Assembly (NCBI GenBank): GCA_032718475.1
Contig: JAUCBJ010001036.1
Coordinates: forward strand, 1 to 64,000
Length of the DNA: 64,000 nt
Direction of reading: 5' to 3'
Origin: Nemertoderma westbladi
Taxonomy: Eukaryota; Animalia; Xenacoelomorpha
Part shown: piece after piece, positions 1 to 14,012 of the stretch
Layout of the letters: each line of letters opens with the position of its first letter
How positions within the stretch are numbered: position 1 is the first letter of the stretch
Program-made: the position numbers and the translations under genes
Notes under the pieces: model-generated
Databases searched by the model: none
Seen by the model: only the letters and a program-made list of their open reading frames with translations
What the model was told of the DNA's origin: nothing

Positions 1-87
1 TATTATATTCTTTAATCCATCCAAAACAATAAATTTGTATCAACAAAACGAATTGCTGGACATAAGCAATGGTCCTACAGTAAAATA

Positions 88-1650
88 ATTATTTATTTAT
101 TTAAATGAACTAAATATGTATGTAAGTAGCACAATATTATTAATAAATAGTACGCATTGATTTCCACCGGGAGCCAGTAATACAATTGTTAACAATAGCA
201 ATAACTGAGCTATCACTTGAGTCCAACCTTCTAGTTATGCTGCCAATTGATTGAGCACGTAAATGAGTGAACATTGGGATATTGTTCATCCCAAAAAATA
301 ATGACATGCTAGACCTAAACGGTATTTTGAAAAATAAACGTGCTGCCTTATTATACGCTACTTTAAGACGATTGTATACAGAATCTGAATAATTTAAACG
401 ACACCAAAGTGCATTGCAATATATCGGGGTTATAAATGAAATAAATAATAGACGCTTTACAGTTGTAGAGCACAGGGAATATTTACGTAATAACGAGTTA
501 GCGCGCGCGTAGAGTCCGCGCGTAGCCCTCTTTATATCAAAATCATCATCTCGGGTTTCGTGTAAAATATAGCCTAAATACTTAAACTGAGTAGTCCTAA
601 CAATGGGTATACCATACAAGTAAACCGAAGCCATTGTATGCTGCGTACAATGTTTAGGCGTTAGAAACATTACTTTCGTTTTCTTTAAGTTGAATACAAT
701 ACTGTGACCTATGGCATAATCTTGACATTTTTCAATTAGTTTTTGAAGACCAACCACAGAGTTGGAAATCAAACCTAAATCATCCGCATACGAAATGTGA
801 TTAATTCTACGTCCTTCAATAGCACAACCTACATTATAGTCTATTAATGCACGTGACAAGTCATCCATATAAACATTGAAAAAATAAGGGGAGCAAATGC
901 CACCCTGTTTTACTCCATTATAAGCACCAAATTTTCCAGTAATGTAGTTACCCCATTTGACCATCAAACCTTGATTTCTATACCAGTATGCAAAGATTCT
1001 GACCAAATATATCGGCACTTTTTTATCAATCCATTTCAAAAATAATTTGTCGTGTTCAATACGGTCAAACGCTTTGGATGCATCTATGAAACAAATATAA
1101 ACTGGTGAATCATTGTCCAAATAATAATCAATAATTTCTTGCAAAGTATGTATGGCTAATTCGGTACCTGAGTTCTTTTTGAAACCAAACTGAAAATCAC
1201 TACATATAAGGCAAGATTGTATACGAGAAAGAGTAACATATTCAAAAACTTTACTAAAGATTGTTGCAATAGCAACCGGTCGATAATTAGATTTAATATC
1301 AATAGGCTCATTTCTATCCTTCACTATAGGTACAATAATACATTCAATAATCGAACTAGGTAAATATCCATGAACAATTAGCGACGTTAAGAACAATGAT
1401 AAAATAACATGTAGTCTAGAACTACTAGCGTAGACTAAATGTTCAGCTGATATGCTGTCTGGGCCAGCAGTTTTTCCTAATTTTAAATTCGAAATAGCAC
1501 AATTTATTTCCGAGGGATATATTATCATATCCTTTGAAAAAATAACATCACCAATAATATCATCAACCTTTATATTACTAAAATTGGGCTTTCCTTTATT
1601 ACAATTTAAGAGCTCCTCGTAATCGTTTTTGAATAATTCGCCAATATTAT
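88..1650 (-). mobile_element. 5'-truncated non-LTR retrotransposon, RT and C-terminal part of ORF2 (RTE-X-like; clade uncertain)
   Basis: ORF 140..~1650 has GPDSISAEHL, NYRPVA, QFGF, FIDASKAFDRI, GVKQGGICSP, YADD and FKYLG. A (TAAA)n-like tail lies near 88-105 on the - strand. The ORF N-terminus above ~1650 is unrelated sequence. Confidence 0.9.
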
Positions 1651-2237
1651 CTTCCCCCACTGCCCCATCCACAACTTTGGGTAGTGGAATATGGATGGAT
1701 AATAGTGGATGTGTACACCACACCTTGTAGGACTTTTGGGTTGTGGGCACTGGTGGTTGGAATAGGAAATTTTTTGGACAGTGGTATGAAATAAACCGTA
1801 CTACAAACGTTTCCATTTGGGCCCAGGGTTAATTCTAAATCTAGAAATATTGAACTACTGTTCGAGAACTCCAGTGTGAATTTTATCCCGGGTTTATCGA
1901 AAACTTCCTCACACGCTTTGTCGTACCTAGATACTATATCTGTCTTCACGGTTTCATTCAGAACATACGGGAAAATACCTTCCCCATCGTCTACAAAAGT
2001 TTTAAAAAATATGGCAGCAAACCTTTCAACTAAACCCACATGTTTGTGTATACGGTCTACGACCAACACCGCCACCTCTTTGCCAGCAGGGCCCCAAAAA
2101 AAACCTATTCCTTTGATTAACTTATAAAAAGCATGGTTAAATGAAAAATATGTATGGGTAAGTACGAACTTAAGTAAGATCATAATCTTGAGGGCTATAG
2201 CGCCTAGGGCACCATTGAAGGCAAAGGCTTGATACAC
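1651..2237 (-). mobile_element. Penelope-like element reverse transcriptase fragment
   Basis: ORF 1647..2237 reads TYFSFN..YK..KG...G, FKTFVDDG and IKFTLE..SSIFLDLEL, the RT palm/thumb motifs typical of Penelope-like elements. Confidence 0.65.
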
Positions 2238-2249
2238 ATCTGCATTAAA

Positions 2250-5200
2250 GATGATACACGCCCCTCCCTGTCTATACTGGATGCTCCTCTACCAGTGTTA
2301 GGTAACCTAACCCAGGAGGCACACTTGGTTCAGGGTGTAACAAATACACAGTCGGCAGTCGGCCCCTACAGTTGGCAGCAGGGCTGTACGCCATGGATAG
2401 GTGGAAGGTATTCAACCAACGGCTAGACATGCTGACAAGGTCGGCGGAAGGTAATCAACCAATGGCGACCTACTGCGAAGACGCTTGTAGGAGTTGCGAC
2501 CATAAGTGGTTTACTCCCGCAACTGAAAGATATGAGTATGAGAACCCTCCAGGAGAAATACTGGCTCAGTCGTCGCCCGGGTCAACAAGGACCGCGTCCC
2601 TCAGTGGTACACCAGGCTGGGGTCGATAAATTGGCTACTGGAATAGAAGACAGAGAAGAAAGAAGAACCAACCTGTTGAAATTTAAAACGACACTAAAGA
2701 TTATTGCTACAATGAATGCACGCACGCTGAAAACATATACCAAACAGGGTGACATGGTCGCTCTGGCAATGGAATATAACATCGACATCATCTGCATCCA
2801 AGAACATCGGATTTGTCATGAAGACACTGCCATGAAGTACAATGACATTGGAAATGGATGGACGTTAGTAACAAGCTCAGCAGTAAAAAACTCAGCCAAT
2901 GCATCAATTGGTGGAGTAGGAATTCTGCTAAGCCAATTTGCACATAAGACCCTAAACAACATCGAATCTATAAATTCCAGGGTTATGATCGCAACATTTG
3001 TTTCGAATCCCAAGGCAACAGTTATATGTTGCTACAGTCCAACCGAAGCCTCAGAGCCAGTACAAGCAGTCAAGTCTTAAGAAGAACTGACACCGAAACA
3101 CAATGTTAAAGTCATTGCTGGTGACCTGAATGCGCAAATTGGCCCAGAAGGCATCAAGGGTTACACCTATAACACCAGTTCTAACAGAAATGGGTACTTA
3201 CTTTTAGACCAAATGGAAGAATGTGAATTGATACCAACAAACAACACATTCGAAAAGAGTAAGGGGAAGCTATGGACCTTTCAATACCCTAATGGAACCA
3301 AAGCACAACTGGAATACATCCTTTAAACAAAAAGTGGAGAAACAGTATGATCAACTGTGAGGCATACAGCTCGTTCAACCCAATTGGTTCGGACCACAGA
3401 ATTGTGACTGCAGAGATCAGACTCAGTTTGAGAGCCAGCAAACCCAGGACAAGCAAGCAAATCAAATATGACTGGGAGAAACTCAGAACGGACAATGCTG
3501 TAAAGGATGCTTATACAGTAGAAATTCAAAACCTCTTTGAAGCACTTGAATGGATGAAGACCAATCCACCAATTCAATATACCAGAATATATTAACAGCC
3601 CACAAGGAATCAGCTAAGAGGCATATCCCCCAGAAACCCAAACGAAAACAGTATGTGCCATGGCAAAACTCTGAGGTTACTTGTAAGAGAGAAGATCTTA
3701 AGATAGCCTACAAAGTTAAAACCGAACAACCAACAACCGAAAACATTAACAAGGTTGAGAAAGCTAAGGACGATCTTAAATTGGCCTACAACATCAGCCA
3801 GGAAAAGTAAATACAGGATAAAACTGAAGCAATTACAACTTCTCACATACAGCAACAATCAAACTTACCTGGCAAACTGTAAATGAGGTATCGGGTCGGA
3901 AAAGTTGTGCAAAGGGGCGCCTCAAAGCCGATAGTCCTGAAGAACGTGTTGGGAAATGGATAAATCACTTCAGCAACTTGCTTGAGCAGCTACCAAACAT
4001 CGAGGTCAGCCCTACAAGGAACATATATGACAAGACACTACCTATAGAAACAGGGGACTTTACACCTGCCGAACTCAAAAAGAAGTATTAAAAGCATGTC
4101 CAATAATAAAGCGAGTGGATTAGATGAAATCCCAGCGGAGGTATGGAAAACCGGAGTGCTAAACAAACCATTATTGAATGTTTGCAACCGGATGTTAAAA
4201 GGGGAAAAGCCACCACCAATTTGGACTACAGGTCAACTAAAGCCTCTCCCCAAGAAAGGAGACCTCGGCATACAAACAAACTATCGTGGGATCTGCCTGC
4301 TTGTGGTAGCTGCCAAAATATACAATAAAATGATTCTATATAGGATTAGGCATCACATAGAGAAACTACTGCGTAAGAGCCAAAATGGATTTCGACCAAG
4401 TAGATCAACAATAGCTCAGATACTTGCACTACGGAGACTGATTGAAGGAATTAAGTCAAAGAATCTCCCTGCAGTCATGACTTTTGTGGACTTCAAGAAG
4501 GCATTCAACTCCATCCATAGAGGTAAAATGCTTGAAATCCTAATAGCTTATGGAATACCAGAAGTAATTGTTGCAGGCATTGGATTGTTATATTGTGACA
4601 CAGAAGCGCAGGTACTCTCACCAGATGGTGAAACTGAGTTTTTTTTAATCCTGGCTGGCGTACTGCAAGGTGACACATTAGCACCATTTCTATTTGTAAT
4701 TGTGCCGGATTACGCAATGAGGACGGCCACAAAGGGTGAAGATCTGGGATTCACACTTCAAGAACGCAGAAGTAGTAGATATCCGGCAACTACAGTCACA
4801 GACACCGACTTTGCGGATGAAATCGCCCTGCTCTCTAATACGCTAGCAGATGCACATCTTCTACTAAATAAAGTGGAGAGGGCTGCTAAGGAGGGGATTG
4901 CTTATGAATGCTACAAAGACCGAATTCATGACCTTTAACCCTATTAGTACCGGGCTATAAAATGTACAAATACCGGGGGGGGGGGGTCATATTGACCCCC
5001 CCCCCCCCCCCCTCTAAAATCTACAATTTTTTACGAAAACGTCAGATTTTTTGTTTGTACGTAGGTAACACTAGTCAGGATCCGACCGAAAAAAAAAATT
5101 TTCGAAAAAATGTACTGGGGTGGTTATATTGCAGCACCAAAACTACAAGTAGTGCACAATTTTCAGAAAATTTGAAAGTTACATTTTTCGTCTAATTGTT

Positions 5201-7129
5201 TTTCAATACAGGTTTTCTGGGCCGCAAAATACATTGGAAAATATTTAAAAATGATATGATTACTATAAATGGCTGTTTAGTCCTCTCTGCGTAGAAAAAA
5301 AATGAAAAAAACAAGTAACCAGCACTTTTCAGTTAGAACACAAAATTTTTAATTCAGTTATACGATGCTATAAATTCACATTTTCAGGTTTTCTATGGCG
5401 CTGATTCTAATGGAATACATTTCTAAAATGCCCCATCATTGCTACTTGTATTTTTCGGCGTAATTTGGCAAATTTTGGTGCTAGGACCAAATTTCGTACC
5501 CATCACCAAAAAGTACAAGTTTGCAATGTCCAGTGCTGTTTTTATTGATTCCATCGGATTCAGGACCCTCATAAACCCGTATATAACGCAATAAACAAGA
5601 TGATACTATCTACTGATCAATTTGCTTATTTTCCAAAATTTGGTGCTGGCACAACAATTTTCACCCACCGGCGAAAAATACAAGTTTGAAAACTCGTATG
5701 AAATTTTTACTGATTCCATTGAATTCAGAACCCTCACAAACCCGTATAACGCAAGAAACAAGGTGACACAATCAATTTATATATTTGATGGTTTTCAAAA
5801 TTTGGTGCTAGCACCACATTTTGCACCCACTTCCGAAAAATACAAGTTTGAGATGCTTAGTTCGAAAATTATATATTCCATTCAATTCAGAATAGCCATA
5901 AACCTCTAAAACACAAGAAATATATTGTCACAAACAATTTTATCAATTGAATGAATTTTCAAAATTTCGTGCTAGCACCAAAATTTGCACCCACCACCGA
6001 AAAATACAAGTTTGATACGCTTGGTGCAACTCGTATATATTTCATCGAAAGCAGAACCCCAAAAAACCCCAATTGCGTAAAAAACAAGTTTCACACAATC
6101 AATTTACAAAATTGACATATTTCAAAATTTGGTGCTGGCACCAAAAATTGGCACCCGCAGAAAAAAAACAAGTTTGAAATTAATAAATCAATTTATATGT
6201 ATTCCATCCAATTTCTAACACCAAAAAACCGGTGTAAATCAAAAATAGAGATGTTACAATTCATATTTAGTAAAATGTAATTTTCAAAAAACGTCTCAAA
6301 AAAAGTGCCAAAAGTAGGGTTAAAAAATGGTGCTATAACTCGAAAACTACCCAATATTTTTGAAAACGGTTTCTCTACTAGGAAGACAATAGAATTTTAG
6401 GAAAAGTCCTAAAATGTCAGATTCCCAACTGCGTTTGTTTCAGAATTATAATAAAAAAACCACGGGGGGGTCATATTGACCCCCCCCCCCCCGGGTTTAA
6501 TAGGGTTAATGTTGATGGAAACTTGACAACCATTGATAATAATCAACTAAGGAAGGTCGATGACTTCCAGTACCTTGGATCATGGATAGAGAGTAGCAAA
6601 AAGGACATAGAAGTTGGGAAAGCAAAGGCTTGGATAGCTCTATCAAAAATGGATACCATCTGGAAATCAGATCTCTCCAGGCACCTGAAGACTAAGTTCT
6701 TTCGAGCCACAGTGGAAAGTGTATTTTTATACAGGGGTGAGACCTGGACACTGACTAAATCAATTGAACAACGAATTGATGGTTGCTACACAAGACTACT
6801 AAGGGCAGCCCTAAACATCAGCTGGAGACAACACATGACAAACGCTGAGCTTTATGGTACAATACCACCTGTATCAACCACCCTCCGTGAACGCAGATTA
6901 AGATTCAGTGGGCACTGCTGGCGAAGTAAGACGAGGTCATACCAGATCTACTTCTCTGGCAACCAACTCATGGAAAGCGTAGTCGTGGGCGACCGGCCAT
7001 AACATATATAGATCAACTTGAAAGGGATACTGAACTTGGGAGAAACGAAATTGCGAGAACTATGGAGAATCGGGAAGCCTGGAAGGATCTCATTTCCACT
7101 GTCCTAGTTCGCTCGACCTAGTAGTAGTA
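2250..7129 (+). mobile_element. RTE-clade LINE (family A), near full length, pseudogenised, interrupted at 4939-6505
   Basis: APE endonuclease (ATMNARTL, CIQEHR, GGVGILL, CYSPT, GDLNA, GSDHRIV) and RT (NYRGI, QNGFR, FVDFKKAF, GVLQGDTLAP, DFAD, FQYLGS), with stops and frameshifts and a (TAG)n tail at ~7119-7129. Removing the insert restores KTEFMTFN-VDGNLTT. The 5' boundary is approximate. Confidence 0.92.
4939..6505. mobile_element. Non-autonomous piggyBac-type DNA transposon
   Basis: TTAA is duplicated at 4935-4938 and 6506-6509, with termini CCCTATTA...TAATAGGG. A G-tract-TCATATTGA-C-tract hairpin sits near both ends, and internal degenerate tandem units are present. No transposase. Confidence 0.88.
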
Positions 7130-7770
7130 TCTAATTAGTATGTTAAAATTAATTTCAATTAGCTTAAAATTAAAATTAGCTAATTAGAAATTTTTTTGTT
7201 TTATCATCAATTTACAAAAAATAGTACTCTCCAGCTTTCCAATAACACCATAATTACTGAATATCATTAATATGAAGCTTGTTAGCATATCCATCCGCTG
7301 CACGCCACCTGCCGGTAGAATGGGGAACAGGGTGATCTTAGAATCACCCACAGTTATCCAACCACCCAATATAATGTTGCATACCGAGAGATGTGCTCAG
7401 TATTGCATTGATAGGTAGGAGATGGTTAACAACACATCTCAGTGGAGAAGCTAGCATAGGGTCAAGGGAACATGGAATGACAGTGGGAAAACCAACCAAT
7501 AGCGGGGCAGCACATGTCCAGTAAACGTGTATGTATTGGTAGGTCAACACGTAGGTAGGACCGTGATAAGTTTCCATGTTGTTTCTGTGCAGTTTCCATA
7601 CATATATGTTACCCAATATCAATTATGTTCAGTTGGCAAATTATCTACTGTGGATGTTGAACGGTTTTTGACCGTCGTTGTCGCCTAGCACTTACTGATT
7701 ATGCTGTGATCCGTTTACCGGTACTTATATATATCAGCTTTTATTAACAACGATAAACCAATAACTCTTG

Positions 7771-7884
7771 TTATATAACGGCCACGGCCTTTCAGCCTTT
7801 GCAGTTACTAGGACGCGTTGATGCGTACTAAACAGGACTCAAACTCACCAGTCGGGATCCCGCGCCAACTCGGATGCCGTCACA
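7771..7884 (+). repeat. Dispersed repeat segment, divergent inverted relative of 11622-11732 (possible LTR terminus)
   Basis: Collinear shared blocks TTATAT, CCAC.GCCTTTCAGC, GACGCG, CACCAGTCGGG.TCC, GCCAACTC and CCGTCACA. Confidence 0.5.
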
Positions 7885-8109
7885 AAGCTGCACAAATAAA
7901 AATACAAAAAGTATCAAATTTTGTAGGACACCTTGTTTTATAAGATTCTTCTATATGTCTTGCTTGAAGGTAGCACTATATATTTCATGCCTTTTATGCC
8001 TTTGGCATCCTCATCAGGTAATCAGTTAAATTTAGATAGCAAATTATCTAGTTAGTTATGTAATACATAATACAAAAAAAACTACATGTACTTACAGTTG
8101 CATAAGGCG

Positions 8110-8272
8110 CAGTACAAAAATTTTATCCAAAAACGTATAACTACAAAATATTACTTGTAGTTTAATAACATTTATAACTACAAAACAGTACAAAAATTTT
8201 ATCCAAAAACGTATAACTACAAAATATTACTTGTAGTTTAATAACATTTATAACTACAAAACAGTACAAAAA
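8110..8272. repeat. Tandem duplication, 76-bp unit, two full copies plus a partial copy
   Basis: CAGTACAAAAATTTTATCC... starts at 8110 and 8186, and partially at 8262. Confidence 0.85.
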
Positions 8273-9244
8273 TATTGTACAACATACAACACTATAAACC
8301 CTAGCAATATGTTACTACAAAAATGTTATATAAAGTACAAAAATATACAGTACATAATACTTACATACTACCTATATAGCACACTCAACGAAAAACTAAA
8401 TTAAATAATCGACACACTTTCCTTCATACATATCTTTCCTCCGACATAGACATATGATTCAATGTTAACCCCTTTGATTAACATTCTAATTCCTACATTC
8501 ATAATCCATTCATTCATCTTTTATAATCTTTCACCTTTTTCAGTTAGCCCCGCTAATTATGGAAGAGGTTCAATTTGTTCAATATCTGTATCCCTATTCT
8601 GCACCAATTGATTATTAAGTTTAGCTTTTACTGATGATTTTCTGATAATACTAGCTGGGGGTACCCGTTCCTTTCTAGAATATGATTAGATTTATTCCCT
8701 TACTTTTTCTCGGCACCACATCTTTTCGCAATGACTACCGCAATACACCATGTTCTGGGGAACCTGGTATATAGTGTCGTTATTCAGATACCTGCCCCCC
8801 CCCCCCCCTCCCAAACTTTTCATTCTTTAGCTACAAGCGTTTGAAATAGGTTTCTCCGGCGTTATTTCACCGGGTACACTGCAGTTATTCTTCAAAATTA
8901 CATTGATTTGTTGGTACTGATGGAAATCTGTAATGATCTAAATTTCGTTAAAAAATAGCTGAGATATGAGCGATCGAAAGTTACATGGTTTTGAGTTTGC
9001 GCATGACTATTGTATTATATTAATTAAAAAACATTTTGTTTATGTGTGAATAGCTATGTAACAGTTTTTACAATTAATTATTATTATGTGCTATGTAATA
9101 ATAATAATTATTATTATTATGTAGTGGGCCCGCGTTTTATACTTTCTCGCATTTTTGTTTTCCCTTATATTTTAGTGTGTTGCTTAACCTTAACACCGTG
9201 AAACTACCATGGCTTCATCCTAATCATCATCTTATTTCTTGCGT

Positions 9245-10018
9245 TATTCGGGTTTATGAAGGTCCTGAATCCGATGGAATTAATAAAAACCGCACTGGAC
9301 ATCTCAATCTTGTATTTTTTGGTGATGGATTCGAAATATTACGCCGAAAAATACGAGTAGCTATGATTTGGCAAATTAGAAATGTATTCCATTAGAATCA
9401 GCACCCCAGAAAACCTATAAATGTGAATTTTTTGCATTGTATAAGTGAATAAAAAATTTTGTGTACAAACTGAAAAGTGCTGGTTAATTGTTTTCTTAAT
9501 TTTTTGCCTACGTAGAGGACTAAAACAGCCATTTATACTAATCAGATTATTTTTAAATATTTTCCAATGAATTTTACGCACCAGAAAACTGGTATAAAAT
9601 GAGTTTAATAATGTGGTATTATATAATAATAATATAATGTATAAAATATAAACGCAATGTCAATGAATCTAAGGTACACATTGCATAATATACATGGATG
9701 TAATAGCCCTCCACCATCTGCTTAATCCCACTATGCAAACAATGAATACATACATTGTGATGAGGTGCTTTACACTAATATTGATGCGGCATTATTGCAT
9801 ACTACACCAAAAACCTGTATTGAAAAACTATTAGCCGAAAATTATGACTTTCAAATTTTATAAAAATTGTTCACTACTTGTAACTTTGGTGCTGCAAAAT
9901 AACCACCAAAGTACTTCTTCAAAATTTATTTTTTCTTTCGGATTCAGACTAATGAAATCTACGTACAAACAAAAAATCAGACGTTTTCGTTAAAATTTAT
10001 AGATTTTTCAGGGGGGGA
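9245..10018 (-). mobile_element. Degraded partial copy of the piggyBac-type element at 4939-6505
   Basis: Reverse-complement similarity to ~5010-5580, interrupted by unrelated sequence at ~9595-9805. Confidence 0.75.
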
Positions 10019-10019
10019 G

Positions 10020-10427
10020 GCCGCCACAACTCCCTATCACTATTTGCTAGATGATCTGCATCTTCAAGGCCAGTGTCCTTTAGATGCGTCTCAAGAAAGT
10101 CATTGGCTGTCCACCATGATACTCCATGAGGCCACCAAAGCACAAGATTATGCACTGGCTGGTCCTCGTGTCGAAAGCTATGTCCTGTAAAGCAGAGGCG
10201 TTTCCGTTCAAGTGTCAAGCTAGAGCGGACTAATGGAACACCTCCAATGATGTATAGAGTCTGATTGGAGATTATTTGTTCATTGTACTTGACACAATGA
10301 ACCCGGAGCAGCATTCTTGTGAATGTGCCATCCAGAGATTTGGTATAATCTGCAATTAGAGCCCAGCATGACACACATATAAGAGTACTGACTGGTACTA
10401 CTACTGCCATAAATAATCGAACCTTAA
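10020..10427 (-). mobile_element. RTE LINE family B, 3' fragment
   Basis: LDGTFTRML.RVHCVKYN and RLCF.GH.FRHEDQPVHNLVLW; clearly homologous to 28070-28490. Confidence 0.85.
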
Positions 10428-10619
10428 GGATTATTTTGATGTATAAGGGTGTTTAATGCTAAGTTGAACAACTGGCAGATATTGTAAAAAAGGGATGCCT
10501 TGTTCTAACTTAAGTTTTCCGGTGAATAATCGCCTCATCAATAATTTGGCTTCCCAACGCACATGAATATTTTATGTGTTTGTTTACTTTATATTTTTAC
10601 ATTATTTTTTATTTTCTAG

Positions 10620-10777
10620 TTGGATTTTGTACGACGGCGATTTTGATGGCCCAACGGATATCATTACGTTCGGTAATTATACAAGGTCCCAACTTCCTGC
10701 CACTGCTGACAAGCTCAGTTCCTTGAGAGTCGTGCCAAAACAAGGATTGATGTTATTCGAAAACATTGACTTTAAAG
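10620..10777 (+). CDS. Internal exon A of a beta/gamma-crystallin + FN2-like gene (phase 2 to 1)
   Basis: T-rich tract and TTCTAG acceptor; G|GTATAC donor. Encodes WILYDGDFDGPTDIITFGNYTRSQLPATADKLSSLRVVPKQGLMLFENIDFKG, with Greek-key signatures W..Y...F.G, DKLSSLR and LFE..DFKG. Confidence 0.85.
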
Positions 10778-11169
10778 GTATACATTTTATGTCCCAATAA
10801 AATTGCGCTTATGTGAATAATTGTTTATTTTATCCTTAATAAGGGTTTTATAGCTCTTATTTATATAACCTATAACCAAATAATAGTGTTGGTTGTCAGA
10901 AATATTTATATTAACTTAAAGGTAAACGCAAGAGGCTTCTATTCTATTCTATTACTTTTAAAAGAAATCAATAATTAATTTATTATAGACTTCTAGAAAA
11001 TATTATCTTAATATATTAACACTTTACAATATATCCAAAATTAAATATAATTTGAAGTAGTCTAATCTCTCCAAGGTAAGTTTAATTCTAATCACGCCTA
11101 GAACAAGTTTAGGGTAGGCTGGGATGGAGGGCTTTCAATAATATCGAAAAGACCTTCAGAACATGGGGA

Positions 11170-11430
11170 GTCAGTACTGGCGAGGATTGATGTTGTTTAG
11201 CCGATGAGTATGGCGATTATGATGTGCTGCAGGAGAAAGCGATGAGATCATTGTTCGAGTGTGGTGGCATGTAGTCTTCTGCTGATTTCTTTTAGAAACA
11301 CGGCAGTGGATGGTCCTTGGCGCACAAAGGTCTCAAAGGACAATGGGTGAACTAGATTTCCCTGATCAACAAAACTCAGTGTAGTTATTCCTGATTGGCA
11401 GCAACACGGCCTCCTGACAAAGTTTTAGAC
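11170..11430 (-). mobile_element. Highly degraded C-terminal fragment of a CRE-like (restriction-like endonuclease) non-LTR element
   Basis: Minus-strand translation PLSFETF..GPSTAVFLKEISRRLHATT.E..SHRFLLQHI.IAI..G..TSIL resembles the C-terminus of such elements. Confidence 0.5.
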
Positions 11431-11621
11431 AGGTGGCTTTGAGACGAATGTCTCAGTCAGCACCCAAACTCAGTCTAGCCAGTTTTTTATAATTTGATTT
11501 TATATCTGCATATTCTATTAAGAAATAAGGAGTGAGATCGTTGAATGTGGAATTGACAAATTCGTACAATTGAAATGGTACTGTATGAACATAAGTAATT
11601 GTTCTCCACCAGAAGCAATGG

Positions 11622-11732
11622 TGTGACGGGATCCAATGGAGTTGGCAGTTTGGACCCCGACTGGTGTGTGTGTTTGGTACTATACGCGTCGCCGCGTCTG
11701 TAGGCTGCTGAAAGGCTGTGGTCTGGATATAA
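11622..11732 (-). repeat. Dispersed repeat segment related to 7771-7884
   Basis: Starts TGTGACGG on the + strand and shares the same blocks in inverted orientation. Confidence 0.5.
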
Positions 11733-12804
11733 GATATGAAAGGCCGTTAGAATAACTGAGTTTTTAGTGTCAGTTGTTATAATCACAGAACATATTAATA
11801 GCACAGTCATAATATAATAGCACGGTAATGACGACAGTTAAAAACTGTTCCGTCTCACAACTCTATAGATACCACCTGAATCATAATCCACAAGTACAAC
11901 GGTTATATATTATTAACACATATTAATCACAGTTACTGTATTGAGTGGCCTGGCCAGTAGATGCCTTCCAATCACCTGTTTTCCTCTCCCATCATTGGCT
12001 AACCCGATTAATGTCTATCTCGCCACTCCCTGCTGCCACTATCCCCATGTGCTAGCCCTGCTAGCCCCTTTGTCCCTCTGAGATGGTTTATGACCTCTCA
12101 ACTTTCCTTGTGGCTGGCGATGTGTATCGCCTAAATTGGTTGTTAGGTGACATTATTATTGGTAATGTCACCTTCCCAATTATAATTGGTAAAATGCCAC
12201 TTCGCCCATTTTCCGCTGGGTAGTGCAGGGAATTAAATCCGCTTACAAATGGGCCAGATTTATTTTATACAATAGCTGTATTTTTTCTGAACTTCCTTTT
12301 CATTTTTGAATCAGAAACCGACGATTCATTCCACACATCACCTCTGCAAACTCCAAGTGATGCTGAGAATGAAACTTTTCAATTTTGTAATATCGCCCGA
12401 TCTCTGCAGCGAAAACTTTCCGAAATTAGAATATTAATCGCTAAAACCAATAACAATCTCAGAAACTTGATGTGATGATAGCGTTTCTGATGCATAAATT
12501 TATATTGATAATTACTTAGTTTTACGTTAGACGTGGAGGTCTGGACTTACATTCGATATGATTTAAATTTTCATCGTAGACAAAGTTTTTCTGTGACAAA
12601 TTGAACCTAATTTAAAAATGATGAATTGATTGAATTGATAATGATGAATAATTGAAAAATTATAAAAGTTAATAAAATTGAAAAACCTAATATAATTCCT
12701 ACCTAATCTTACCTTGGCCCCCTAAACAAGCAGATTTTTTGCAAAATTTTGAAAATACAATATGTAATCCTAGGTCAGACTGTGAAATATATTCCTGCCT
12801 TATT

Positions 12805-13532
12805 AGTAACTCCACCTACTGGCTCCAGATCCAGAAGTCGAAGAAATCCTGCCAAATACCTAACTGATCTAGACTTTGCTGATGACTTAGGAGTACTCTC
12901 AGAATCACTAGAGGGAGCCCAACGGCTCCTCAGCTCAATAGAACTGGCTGCTTCTAGTGTTTTTCTTTTTATTAACTCTAAGAAGACCAACATTTTGGCA
13001 GTTAAATTTGACAGTCCTGAGCAAATCTCTGATCAGATGAGCATAAACTCAAAGGATGGTATGATTGAGCATGTGGACGACTTCTGATACCTGGGATCAT
13101 GGATGATGATGACCTTCGAAAGGGAAAGGCATGGGCAGCATTGAATGGGCTTTCTAGGATTTGGAAGTCACACAGAATTCATTGGTTCCCCCAAGCTTGA
13201 CACTAGAACAAAGCCACCTCCGCTTTGTAGGACATTGTTTTCGCCCTAAGAACCAGCCTGTGCACAATCTTGTGCTTTGGCAGCCCCATTGAGAAAATAA
13301 GCATGGTGGACTGGACAGTCCATAACTTTCGTGAGACGCCTCCTAAAGAACACTGGCCTTGGAGGTGTGGATAAACTCTCAAAAGTCATGTTGAGTTGTG
13401 GTGGTGCCACTTTGTTGATAACCCGGCATAACGCTGCATTGGACTTGCAAATTGTGGATTGCATGGTGGTGACAAAATGTTTTTGTGTGCAGTATCAATG
13501 CAGCAGGCCGATTATAGTAGTAGTAGTAGTAG
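12805..13532 (+). mobile_element. RTE LINE family B, internally deleted 3' fragment
   Basis: RNPAKYLTDLDFADDLGVLSESLEGAQRLL; ends in a (TAG)n tail at ~13515-13532. Confidence 0.85.
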
Positions 13533-14012
13533 TGTGGAATTATATGGAAGGGTTTACTGTGGAAGCTTTCCCATGGTGGTGAATAGGCATTCCTTGGCTT
13601 AACGAGCCTAAACTATTCTCCTATTCATTATAGTAATAATTTCATACCACACTTAAATAGTTCTCATAAGGAAATATTTTGTGAGTCAAAAGTGCAAGTA
13701 AGTGAAAACGTACAAAATTATATTATGGTCGCTTTCATTGAGATGGCTTACAGTTTTGCTGCATGAAGACCCAACTAGTGTTTCTTATATTATAAAGTTG
13801 TAATAGAAAATAAAGATGATTCATAGAGCCAACGATGCACGAGATGATTCTGCTAATTTTTCAAGTTTCCCAAATTTTAAAGAAAACTACGAAATTTCGT
13901 TCATTCCTTTACGATTAGTTTTGACTGCTTAAAAGTTTAAACTCATTTGTAACCAACAATATCTATTAATTTCGGATGCGGATTTGTGGAATATAGTTAT
14001 TAGTTAATTAGA

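Noticed and set aside
140-2237. A single 558-aa RT gene, or a LINE-Penelope fusion protein
   Set aside because: The first ~55 residues are an off-frame read of the adjacent Penelope fragment. This is a truncation junction rather than a fusion gene.
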